DNA from: a virus
Length of the DNA stretch: 64,000 bases
Strand: one strand, 5' to 3'
Virus record (IMG/VR): IMGVR_UViG_3300013426_000015
Location: 56,913 to 120,912 of that record
Shown here: positions 19,709-28,700 of the stretch, piece after piece
Numbering within the stretch: the stretch's first letter is position 1
How the letters are laid out: every line of letters begins with the position of its first letter
Made by a program: the position numbers and the translations under genes
Notes under the pieces: generated by a model
Database searches by the model: none
What the model was told of the DNA's origin: nothing
The model's input: the letters and a program-made list of their open reading frames with translations, nothing else

Positions 19709-19763
19709 ATGATAATATCCTGAATAGTAATATTTTTACAAATACTATTCAGGAGAATATCAT
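19709..19763 (+). promoter_or_regulatory. RNA hairpin sequestering the endonuclease SD and start codon
   Basis: TCCTGAATAGTA 19718-19729 / TACTATTCAGGA 19743-19754 (12 bp, perfect) plus ATGATA/TATCAT overlapping the ATG. Confidence 0.7.
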
Positions 19764-20727
19764 GCAAAAAAGAAAATATTGGTCGGAACAAGACATACAG
19801 TTTCTAAAAGATAATATAAAAAATATGAGCATTGAAGAACTTGCTAAACATTTTAATGTATCATATTCTGCAATAGCTACTAAGATCCATAAGATTGGTA
19901 TATCTAAAAAGTCATATGGCTTTTATTGGACAAGCGAAGAAGATCAAATCATAATTCAACACTTTGAATATGCTCCAAAAGAATATTTGATGAGAATGCT
20001 ACCCAATCGTTCTTGGTTATCTATTTTTCAAAGAGGTTCGTCATTCTTCAATTTACAACGTAAATCTCAAGACAAATATTATTTAAATTATAATTTCTTT
20101 TCAGAGTGGAATGAAAATGTTGCATATATAATTGGATTGATTGCAGCAGATGGGCATCTAAGGTATCATTCGTCTAAGAATAATTCTAATTCTCTTGAAC
20201 TTGAATTATCAGCAAGTGACATTGATATTCTGAATAAAATATGTTCTTTATTAGAAACTAATAAACCGCTTATATATAACAAAGTTAAAAATACATATAA
20301 ATTAAGTATAAGTAATGTAAAAATAATTGAAGACCTTATTAGTAAAGGAATTCCATATAAAAACAAAACAACTAGTATATGTTTCCCAACTAATATGCCG
20401 ACGAAATATAATAAAGACTATATTCGTGGTATAATGGATGGAGATGGAAGTATTTATACTGAAAGAAGCAATAATAGATTGCACCTTCAATTTCTTGGAT
20501 CAAAATCAATGATTTCGTCAATACAAAAATTCATCCCGATTGATATAACTGATCTAACAATTATTGATTTATATGACTCTCATTCATGTTATAAATTATC
20601 AGTTTCTGGAAAACGTGCATTAGAGATATTAACTTGGTTATATAAAGATTCTAACTTATATTTCCAAAGAAAACATGATATATATTTATCGTACTTATCT
20701 TCATCAAATTCTCCGTGTATACAGTAA
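19762..20727 (+). CDS. Intron-encoded LAGLIDADG homing endonuclease with N-terminal Myb/HTH-like repeats
   Basis: Two motifs AYIIGLIAADG and YIRGIMDGDGS; N-terminal WSEQD..FL and WTSEED..I repeats; RK near the C-terminus. Confidence 0.9.
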   Translation: MQKRKYWSEQDIQFLKDNIKNMSIEELAKHFNVSYSAIATKIHKIGISKKSYGFYWTSEEDQIIIQHFEYAPKEYLMRMLPNRSWLSIFQRGSSFFNLQRKSQDKYYLNYNFFSEWNENVAYIIGLIAADGHLRYHSSKNNSNSLELELSASDIDILNKICSLLETNKPLIYNKVKNTYKLSISNVKIIEDLISKGIPYKNKTTSICFPTNMPTKYNKDYIRGIMDGDGSIYTERSNNRLHLQFLGSKSMISSIQKFIPIDITDLTIIDLYDSHSCYKLSVSGKRALEILTWLYKDSNLYFQRKHDIYLSYLSSSNSPCIQ

Positions 20728-21079
20728 TGTATGCAGGACACGACCTTAAAACCAGTAATCGCTAAAAGCTTTGTTACTACAATAAGAGATAGAATCAGAA
20801 ACTCTTATGAATGTGAAGAAATTCAGAAACAACAACAAAGATTGTATATGGTGAGAACCTAAGTACATAAAAAGGCGTGTTTGGTCTCCAAGTCAGAAAT
20901 GATATGGTCAAACGACTATGGATTGGAAAATCCGTAAAGCTGCAAGCTATTGGCAGAAGAAATGGGTCGCCCCTAATAGGTAAAGCTAAGGGTGAAGAAA
21001 TAGTCTACTCACATCTTAATCGGTGTGCAGCTACTCAGTGTAGCGTAATAAGATGTAGCGATCTTATTAGAATAAAAAG

Positions 21080-21634
21080 GAAAAAGCTCCAATTTATTGT
21101 CTCGGTTCTCCTGAACCACGCTCATTTTCTAGGGGCAAGCGCGGCATCGCTGGTACTCTCGTATTTACTGTCTTTGATCGTGATGCACTGATCGAAGAGT
21201 TCAAGAGAAACAATCAGCTCAATAAATTACAGAAGTTCAAAGCAAATTCATCTAAGCACGGTTATACTCCTTATAACTCTGTTGATGAGTGGGATCGTAT
21301 CATGTCTAATACTGATGATGATCCTAATGGACTCGCAAACGTTACTACTACTGCTGATCTCGTAGATACACAGGCAGAGATTGCATATGCGGATGAAATT
21401 CTTCCATTCGACATTACAATCACTTTTGCTAATGAGTATGGTCAGAGAGCAGTTACTACGCTTTATGGCGTTGAGTTACTTAATGAAGGTTCTGGCTATT
21501 CTATTGACACTGTTACCAGTGAAAAGGCATATACGTTTATTGCTCGCAGAATTGGTTACATGCAGAAGGATATGCAGGGTACTGGCGAATTATCTAACTC
21601 GCACAAATTAACTGGTGCAGCTAACGCTGACTAA
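21080..21634 (+). CDS. Tail tube protein, exon 2 (spliced product about 228 aa)
   Basis: EKAPIYCLGSPEPRSFSRGKRGIAGTLVFTVFD ... DEILPFDITITFANEYG, in frame with ORF 21302 and collinear with paralog 21741. Confidence 0.85.
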   Translation, partial: EKAPIYCLGSPEPRSFSRGKRGIAGTLVFTVFDRDALIEEFKRNNQLNKLQKFKANSSKHGYTPYNSVDEWDRIMSNTDDDPNGLANVTTTADLVDTQAEIAYADEILPFDITITFANEYGQRAVTTLYGVELLNEGSGYSIDTVTSEKAYTFIARRIGYMQKDMQGTGELSNSHKLTGAANAD

Positions 21635-21644
21635 AATATATTTC

Positions 21645-21671
21645 GGGGGCCGCAATCGCGGCTCCTTTTTT
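21645..21671 (+). terminator. Rho-independent terminator after the tail tube gene
   Basis: GC-rich stem GGGGCCGC / GCGGCTCC followed by T6. Confidence 0.85.
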
Positions 21672-21694
21672 GTTTATATCATGCTTATTTTTCA

Positions 21695-21704
21695 AGTAAT
21701 AATA
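21695..21704 (+). promoter_or_regulatory. Recurrent AGTAATAATA motif (candidate phage promoter)
   Basis: Identical 10-mer also at 31891 and 40234, each 44-46 nt upstream of a start codon. Confidence 0.5.
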
Positions 21705-21740
21705 TAAGCAAATGAATTTTCTGAAAAAGGAGGACATAAC

Positions 21741-23462
21741 TTGGCAATTGAAGATTTTACAAGGACATATACTTCATTCTCTGGATCTGATATGGTCGCT
21801 ACTTGCAATATCTTAGGTGAGAATATAGTACTTGGAACATTGCAAACAATAAGCTATTCATTACATATGGATAGAAGAGCAGTACGTGCTATTGGAAATG
21901 TAAATCCAAAAGAATATACACAAGGTCCAAGAACTATTGCCGGTACTCTTGTCTTCGCTGTATTTGATAAGCATATGATGTATCATATGGCTGAACAGTT
22001 CGCTAAAAAAGACAATACATATAAGAATAATGCGTATACCGCATTATATGATAAATATAAGTCGTTTACACAAGAGCGTCATATTCTTTCTGATGAACTA
22101 CCTCCATTCGATGTTACAATAACACTTGCCAACGAATATGGTAATAGAGCTAAAATAGCTATATATAATATTCAGCTTGTAAATGAAGGACAAGTAATGT
22201 CAATAAGTGACATTTATACTGAAAACACTTATCAATTCGTGGCACTTGATATTGATTACTTAAGAAGCGATGATCCGTCTTTCAAATATGAAGAAGACGA
22301 TGGAGAGATAGAAGATAATGCGCCGCAAGTCAGCGTATCTAAAGATTATAACCTACTTGATACAATATCCATTGAACATATAAGTCATGACTATCTGAAC
22401 AGCACAAGTCTTATACGTATCACTAAAAATAGCGTTCAAAGTAATGTAAGATTAAATGATGGCATTTTGTATATAAAAGACGTAAATTCCCAAGATCAAT
22501 CATATAGAGAATATCCTATACCATCAAGCAACTCTAATGTATACAATAAAGTATTGCGTCTTGAAAATGGATTATATAAAGCGTATTTCAAAGAAAATAT
22601 AACTGATCTTCAAACTGATGAGATTCAGATTTATATTCATGACGAAGACAGAGGATACAGACCAGTAATCGAAAATATAGTTTATACCGATTCTACTGCA
22701 AATGATAATCCATTAGATAGGCATTTTTATTTCAAAATCAGGTCATTGTGTTCGTCTATATATGGTCATAACAAATTATATATTAAGAACAGCAACACAA
22801 ACAATACAGAAGCATATAATATAAATGATTTAGGATACACATTAGTACCAATAACCTCTTTTGCAATCAATACCGAGTATATTATATATTCTGGCAGACA
22901 ATCTGGTGATTCATCTTCTTTTGCTGAACAGTCTGTATCTCACTTATTTAAATTCAGGTATAATACTGATATTTTTAATGATGAGTCTATGAGGTATACA
23001 ATTATGAGTCAATTATATCATAAAGATCAAGCTATTTTAATTGACTTATTCAATGTTTTGCAAAATACAAGTAGAGAGATGTCATTCTCCGCTCAAGCTA
23101 TCCTGATGTCAGAATATCTATTAACCGAGGGAGCGTGTTATCAAAGTGATATTGACCATTTCATTGAAAGCATTCAAGCAGTAGAAAATAATTTAATGGC
23201 TCAGTTAAATGGGCTTGATAAAATAGCTGTATCAGACAATGTGTACTGTGTATCAAAGGTTTCTGAATTATATAACAGCAATAAACCATATGCTACTGCT
23301 GTCAATGATTTTATAAATATATATAATGATAAGCCAGAGAAATTCATGTCAAAATATACTGTCTACTATTATTATGATTTGAATAAAGATAAGAATGAAG
23401 TGTGTTCATGCTTGCAAATGAAGATGGTTGACAGAAGAGGTGCTACAGATGAATACAATTAA
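21741..23462 (+). CDS. Tail-tube-like protein with C-terminal extension (tube initiator candidate)
   Basis: N-terminal ~175 aa homologous to the tube (TYTSFSG.D, IAGTLVF.VFD, DE.PFD.TIT.ANEYG). TTG start with SD AGGAGG. Confidence 0.75.
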   Translation: MAIEDFTRTYTSFSGSDMVATCNILGENIVLGTLQTISYSLHMDRRAVRAIGNVNPKEYTQGPRTIAGTLVFAVFDKHMMYHMAEQFAKKDNTYKNNAYTALYDKYKSFTQERHILSDELPPFDVTITLANEYGNRAKIAIYNIQLVNEGQVMSISDIYTENTYQFVALDIDYLRSDDPSFKYEEDDGEIEDNAPQVSVSKDYNLLDTISIEHISHDYLNSTSLIRITKNSVQSNVRLNDGILYIKDVNSQDQSYREYPIPSSNSNVYNKVLRLENGLYKAYFKENITDLQTDEIQIYIHDEDRGYRPVIENIVYTDSTANDNPLDRHFYFKIRSLCSSIYGHNKLYIKNSNTNNTEAYNINDLGYTLVPITSFAINTEYIIYSGRQSGDSSSFAEQSVSHLFKFRYNTDIFNDESMRYTIMSQLYHKDQAILIDLFNVLQNTSREMSFSAQAILMSEYLLTEGACYQSDIDHFIESIQAVENNLMAQLNGLDKIAVSDNVYCVSKVSELYNSNKPYATAVNDFINIYNDKPEKFMSKYTVYYYYDLNKDKNEVCSCLQMKMVDRRGATDEYN

Positions 23463-24501
23463 CACTTATAATCAGCATAATATTCGTCTTGGCAGCAAAG
23501 CTATGTATACTAATATTGTTAATAGCAATAATAGTACATTAGCAGAAAATAATCTATCTGGATTAGTTAAAGCAAGACATTTCGCCGCCGTTGAAGCAAG
23601 AATATATTTTGGTGATGTTTACATAGACGAAGCACAGTATATAAACTTTTCTGTCGCTCAGAATACTATACCAATCATGGGTTATAATTCATATGTAACT
23701 GATGTGTTTGCTCAGGGGTCACGCATAATACAAGGATCTTTTATAATTAACTTTACTAAATCAAGTTATCTATATGAGGTTATGAATGCATTGAGTAACG
23801 TAAATAGTGGCGCGACACTTCCCAAAATCAGTAAGACTTGCAATAACCCTACTGTAAGTAAAAGTGTCAAAGCACCAATGTGGGATAAATGCTTCGATAT
23901 TGTTATACCATATGGAACAAATAATATAATTGAAGGCGATCAGGTTGTAAGCTTGTCCACTACTGTTATTCTTAAAGGTGTACACCTTATGTCATGTGAG
24001 CAACAGTTCGGTACAGCCGGTGAAAATGGCGGCGCACCCATAGCAGAACAATATACATTCTATGCCAGAGATATTGATTTTGATGTTCCTACTAATAATC
24101 AGGTTTCTGAAGATATAGACGAAACAGTTGTAATCAAGGATGACCCTACTATTGACAGTGTAATAGCAAAATATAATAGTGGCAGTTATGATATAATCTG
24201 CAAGATAATAAATAATAATAAAGATATTATCGAATTAAAAGATGCCAATGTAAATATTATATTCAACTCATCATATAATCTCATAATGACTTATGATGAG
24301 GAAAATAATTATTTCAAGGCTCATGTTTCTACAAATAAAAGTGCTTATCGTAACGGATTCAATTATATGATAGCTACATATCTATATAAGATGAGTATGG
24401 TAAATGACATTCCTATTGTAACTGTATCCGTTGATTATCCTGTAGATAAAGAAGAGGATCGCCGCAATCTTACTACAGAGATACAAATAACATATAAATA
24501 A
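23449..24501 (+). CDS. Second tail-tube-like protein
   Basis: PIMGYNS..QGSRIIQGSFIINF, FDIVI and EQYTFYARDI resemble the tube fold. SD GAGG precedes ATG 23449. Confidence 0.65.
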   Translation: MNTINTYNQHNIRLGSKAMYTNIVNSNNSTLAENNLSGLVKARHFAAVEARIYFGDVYIDEAQYINFSVAQNTIPIMGYNSYVTDVFAQGSRIIQGSFIINFTKSSYLYEVMNALSNVNSGATLPKISKTCNNPTVSKSVKAPMWDKCFDIVIPYGTNNIIEGDQVVSLSTTVILKGVHLMSCEQQFGTAGENGGAPIAEQYTFYARDIDFDVPTNNQVSEDIDETVVIKDDPTIDSVIAKYNSGSYDIICKIINNNKDIIELKDANVNIIFNSSYNLIMTYDEENNYFKAHVSTNKSAYRNGFNYMIATYLYKMSMVNDIPIVTVSVDYPVDKEEDRRNLTTEIQITYK

Positions 24502-24528
24502 AATACATAAAAAATTGGAGAATTTAAT

Positions 24529-25035
24529 ATGCGTTTAAATAGTATAAATAACAACACTGAGAATACAAAAGCAAATGAAGTAAAAGAGACTACGCAAGAC
24601 ACTGAGATTAAAATAGAGGATGATCTCCCTACCGTCGAGAAGGAAAAAATAGCAACTAAGGGTATGGATCTTGCTGAAAAAATAGCATACTGGAAAGATA
24701 AATATAAGAAGATCTATCGTACTGTTATTGATGATACTACGTTTATCTGGCGTAGAATAAACAGAGCGGAGTATTCTAAGTGTGCTTTTGAAAAATTCAG
24801 TACTAATTCAAAGCTGGATATGTTTGAAAAGCAATATCTGTTTTGTAAGATAGGTATCCTATATCCTGAAAATGCTATAGAGCTTATGGATGACAGTGCC
24901 GGTATTGCAGCTATTCTTTCTGATGAAATTATTTATAAGAGTGGATTTGCAGATATGTATCCTAAAACAACTGAAGTTGAAAATGCTGATGATGTAATCA
25001 CAGACAATGAGGATGACTTAGATGAAGATAAATAA
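24529..25035 (+). CDS. Putative tail assembly chaperone 1
   Basis: Follows the tube genes; acidic; FIWRRINR, LYPEN and AGI..LSDEI..SGF motifs. Confidence 0.6.
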   Translation: MRLNSINNNTENTKANEVKETTQDTEIKIEDDLPTVEKEKIATKGMDLAEKIAYWKDKYKKIYRTVIDDTTFIWRRINRAEYSKCAFEKFSTNSKLDMFEKQYLFCKIGILYPENAIELMDDSAGIAAILSDEIIYKSGFADMYPKTTEVENADDVITDNEDDLDEDK

Positions 25036-25681
25036 TTCCAATAAAGACAGAGATGAATCTATTGATGTATCTCAACTTATAAGTGATCTACAGGATAAGT
25101 ATCGTGATATATTCATCACTTCTATTCAGGGCGAAGTATTTATTTATAAGCCAATTGGAAGACGTGATTGGTGTGATATATGCAAACGTGATGATCTGAA
25201 TGCTTTGCAGAAAGAAGATTTGATTTGCGCCACTTGTGTTGTGTATCCTGAAAACTATGACTTCAGTCAATGCGCGGCAGGACTTCCAACAGAGCTTGCC
25301 AATAAGATAAAACAGGATTCATACTTATCTAAAGAAGCTGTTATCAATATGATAGAATACTATCGTGATGAAATGGCTACTATAAATAATAATATCACAT
25401 GCATAATCAATGAGGCATTCCCAAATTATGATATAGAGGAAATCGAAAATTGGGGATGGGATCGAACCATTAAATACTTTACACGTGCTGAATGGAAACT
25501 TGTTAATCTCCGTGGACTTACAAATGCTATGGACATAGAAGATCTGTTCAATAAGAGTGATGAACAAGACGAAACGCATACTGTAGAAACATCTCAGATT
25601 ACAGGACTTACTAAAGAAGAGCTTGCTGAAAAACAGGCTAAGTTTCCCGAAATAGACTGGGCAAACCCGTCTAGAAGTTAA
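25022..25681 (+). CDS. Putative tail assembly chaperone 2 (paralog with a C-terminal extension)
   Basis: FIYKPIGR, VYPEN and AGL..LANKI..S align with chaperone 1; own SD GAGGA. Confidence 0.6.
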   Translation: MKINNSNKDRDESIDVSQLISDLQDKYRDIFITSIQGEVFIYKPIGRRDWCDICKRDDLNALQKEDLICATCVVYPENYDFSQCAAGLPTELANKIKQDSYLSKEAVINMIEYYRDEMATINNNITCIINEAFPNYDIEEIENWGWDRTIKYFTRAEWKLVNLRGLTNAMDIEDLFNKSDEQDETHTVETSQITGLTKEELAEKQAKFPEIDWANPSRS

Positions 25682-25688
25682 GATATAA

Positions 25689-25722
25689 AAAGGGTTTGCT
25701 ATGTTAAATAGCAGACCCTTTA
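25689..25722 (+). terminator. Terminator-like hairpin
   Basis: AAAGGGTTTGCTAT / ATAGCAGACCCTTT. Confidence 0.65.
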
Positions 25723-25735
25723 TTAGGTTTATTTT

Positions 25736-28700
25736 ATGGCTAGAAGAAAAAAGGATCAACATAAAACAAAAAGACGGACAAGTGGTCCGCTTGATTCAAT
25801 TCCTGTAATAGCTGGAGCAGCCGCAGCTATAGGTATTACTACTGCCGCACTAAACAGATATAATCCATCATTTATGTCAGATACTTTGAATCGGGCGTAT
25901 CACGCACTTAGTGAATCTGCTGTTGAACTCAAGAAAAGATCATCAAAAGGTATTGACATATACGATGTAAAAAAGGCTGTAAAGAAGTTCAGTGAGTCAT
26001 ATGACAACTATTCTGCTAAATACAATCCATTGACTTCTGAAAATTCTCTTGGAAGAGTTTTTCTTAGTGGTTCAAGATCAAAAGCAACAGCTACAAATTT
26101 ATATAAAAACGATGTTCTCACTGATGCCATAAATGAGCTTGCAGACAGATTCAAGAAAAAAGATCAGACTGAGATAAATAAAAGACAATTTTCAGCTATC
26201 AATTCGTTGCTGCGCAAAGATTCAAAAATGCTTTATAATCCATCGACCGATAATCTTTTCAAGTTCAGAACGAATGCCGCAAAAAAGCTTGGAGCGAATG
26301 GATTATTCGAAAATGATGAGATAGACACTATAACAAACGAAGCAATAGAGATAGCAAGAAGATTCAATAAACTCGATGATGACGGTTATTATAATGGCTC
26401 ATTAAAATCTGTACAGAAGTTTGATAATGAACTCAGAGATGGGACCTTTCATAGACGAACTGAAAAAATAGAAGATGAGTTTAAAAAGAAACTATACGAT
26501 ATAGATGCCCTTGAAAAGAAATATGGCTCGAAGAGAGTTAAAAAGTCTTCTAATCAATTTGCAGAAGACATTCTTGACAGCACTCCACTGACAGTACGAG
26601 AAGTAGTTAAAAAATACAAAGACGGATCATTAGAAAGTTCCAGGCAAATGGATGATGCCATAGGCGAATTATCCGACCTGCTTAATTCTAAAGATGGTGA
26701 AAGATTCGGAGATTTATATTGGGACGCTTCTTTAAGAGAAAGTGCTGATGGCAAATTACATAGCTATGGTGCCATTGATTCAATGGTACGTAAAGCAAAA
26801 AGCTTTTATGATGAGACCATTGTCTCAAAAGTTCTCAAAATAGATGAGATTATCAACAAACAAACGAAGCCCGTAAACATTTCTTTTTCTGGTTCATTCA
26901 ATCCTATCCTTGAAAAGCTTATAAACAAAGAATCTGATAGCACATTACTTACCGATACATTTTTAGACATCAATGGTAAAGCATTTAAATTTAATATAAA
27001 TGCAGTCAATGATGACAATATCTTTGAAGAGCTTACTGATTTATCTGGCAGAATCAAAACTGTTCAAAAGAATAGTGTAGCAGGAAAAAGTCTTACAAAA
27101 ATGTTTGGCGCAGATTTTGATACTGGTAGATCAAGAGGTGGTATATTAGATTTCCACGAATCTAATAAGATGAATCCTGTTGAAGCATTGGTCGCGAAAT
27201 TTGCTAAATTCTCTGACCCAAGATATGGCAGGAATGAAGCCAAGACTGTTTTTGATGGAGATTTGTCTTCTACTCTCGCATCTATTACATCTTATGAAGA
27301 TATAGAAGATCTTTACGCTCAGTATTCTGACATCAATAAGATACTGAAGAATGGATATTCTGCGCTCGATAGAACATCGGCGTCAAAACTATACAATTCA
27401 CTCGGTTCTATTACAGATCCATCTGATAATGTCAAACATCTTCGTAGTGTCCTTAATATCTTATCTGAAGATAACGAGTCTATGATTTCCGATTTAATTG
27501 ATCTTAGCTCCAATAGGGATTTCAGACTCAGTTCTTCTGATTTTAGTAAAGAGTTGAAGTTGCTTGCATCAGATCCAGCTAAATATTTAAGCGCAAATCA
27601 TGTGAACTCAAATTATATTCCGGGACAAGATTCTTCAACTGATGCTTATAGTATACTGCGCAGAGCTCTGACAGATGAAGCGTTCTTAAAAATAAGTGGA
27701 GAAGACTCCATAATTGATAAAGGATCTTATATTCAAGACGCAATAGGACAAGGTACAGATTCCGCTAAAAAGGCCCTTGGTTCTTTCTATTCATCATTAT
27801 ATAGTGCTACATTTGAAAGTGCTAAAAAAGACATTAGAGATATAGATAATATCTCTGAGCTATACGAATACTCCATGATGAATGTAGACGCTCTTATTCA
27901 AAAGGATTCTGGTGCAAAGGATACACTGCGTGAGCTTGTTAATGATAATGTATCTTTATTGCAGAATGGATTCAATGATAAGTCTTATTATACTAACGAG
28001 TATTCTGATAATATATTTGTTCCAAATGGCGTATCTCCATTAGATATTATAAAAAATCTCAATGATACCGAAAAACTTAAAGATAACGCAAAGAGATTCG
28101 GCAAGCAATTTATAGCTGGTTCTGGTAATGCGGAAGATATGACCTCTGCGACATTTGCTCCATTCTTTTTCACTGACAGACTATTAAGTGGATTCGAACA
28201 ATATGGCTTAGGTTTCTCCGCTGACGCTTATAAAAGCACTGTATCTCTTGCAAGCAATATTATGCTTAAAAGAGTTTTGCCTGCCGCAGGACTATTATAT
28301 GGACTCAGTTATCTTGACTTTGAGTCAAATAATTTCACTGGTTCCGGACTTAAAGAAACATTTTTGTCTGGTATAGCTAATGTTGATCTTGGAGTAAGAA
28401 GAATAACTGATGCTGCCGGATTAAGTGGAGCATTAAGAGACGCTTCTGTGTCTAATCCAGCTTTTTCATATTGGTCTAATGAACAGGAGTATCAGGGATA
28501 TGACGAGCGCAAAGAATGGTATGAAAGTGGATATAGCCCGGTAAGATCTGGACGTTGGTGGTCGTTTGGTTCTTCATCTGAATTCCGTGGCGGCAAAATA
28601 TCTTATTTTACTCCCAGTTATTTAAGAAGAGAAAGCTCTAATTATTATGATGTATCTGTTTATGGTTCGTCTGATGAAAAATGGAAGCATTCATGGATAC

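Larger units (their letters stand above)
19695..21079 (+). mobile_element. Group I intron in the tail tube gene, with a LAGLIDADG ORF 5' of the core
   Basis: P2 TGTATACA-GTAA-TGTATGCA 20716-20735; P3 CGACCT 20741 / GGGTCG 20964; P4 ACCAG 20751 / TTGGT 20881; P7 GACTA 20914 / TAGTC 21001; S-like GAAGAAATAGTC; three P9 hairpins; terminal G at 21079 or 21080. Confidence 0.85.

Noticed and set aside
19762..20727. Intein interpretation of the LAGLIDADG domain
   Set aside because: It has its own SD, start and stop, the host frame stops at 19706, and it is followed by a group I RNA core; no intein terminal motifs.
20877..21191. 104-aa ORF downstream of the endonuclease
   Set aside because: It overlaps the ribozyme core and is out of frame with tube exon 2; no SD; probably spurious.
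25005..25040. Programmed frameshift between the tail chaperones
   Set aside because: No XXXYYYZ slippery site; the downstream gene has its own SD/ATG and repeats the same domain.
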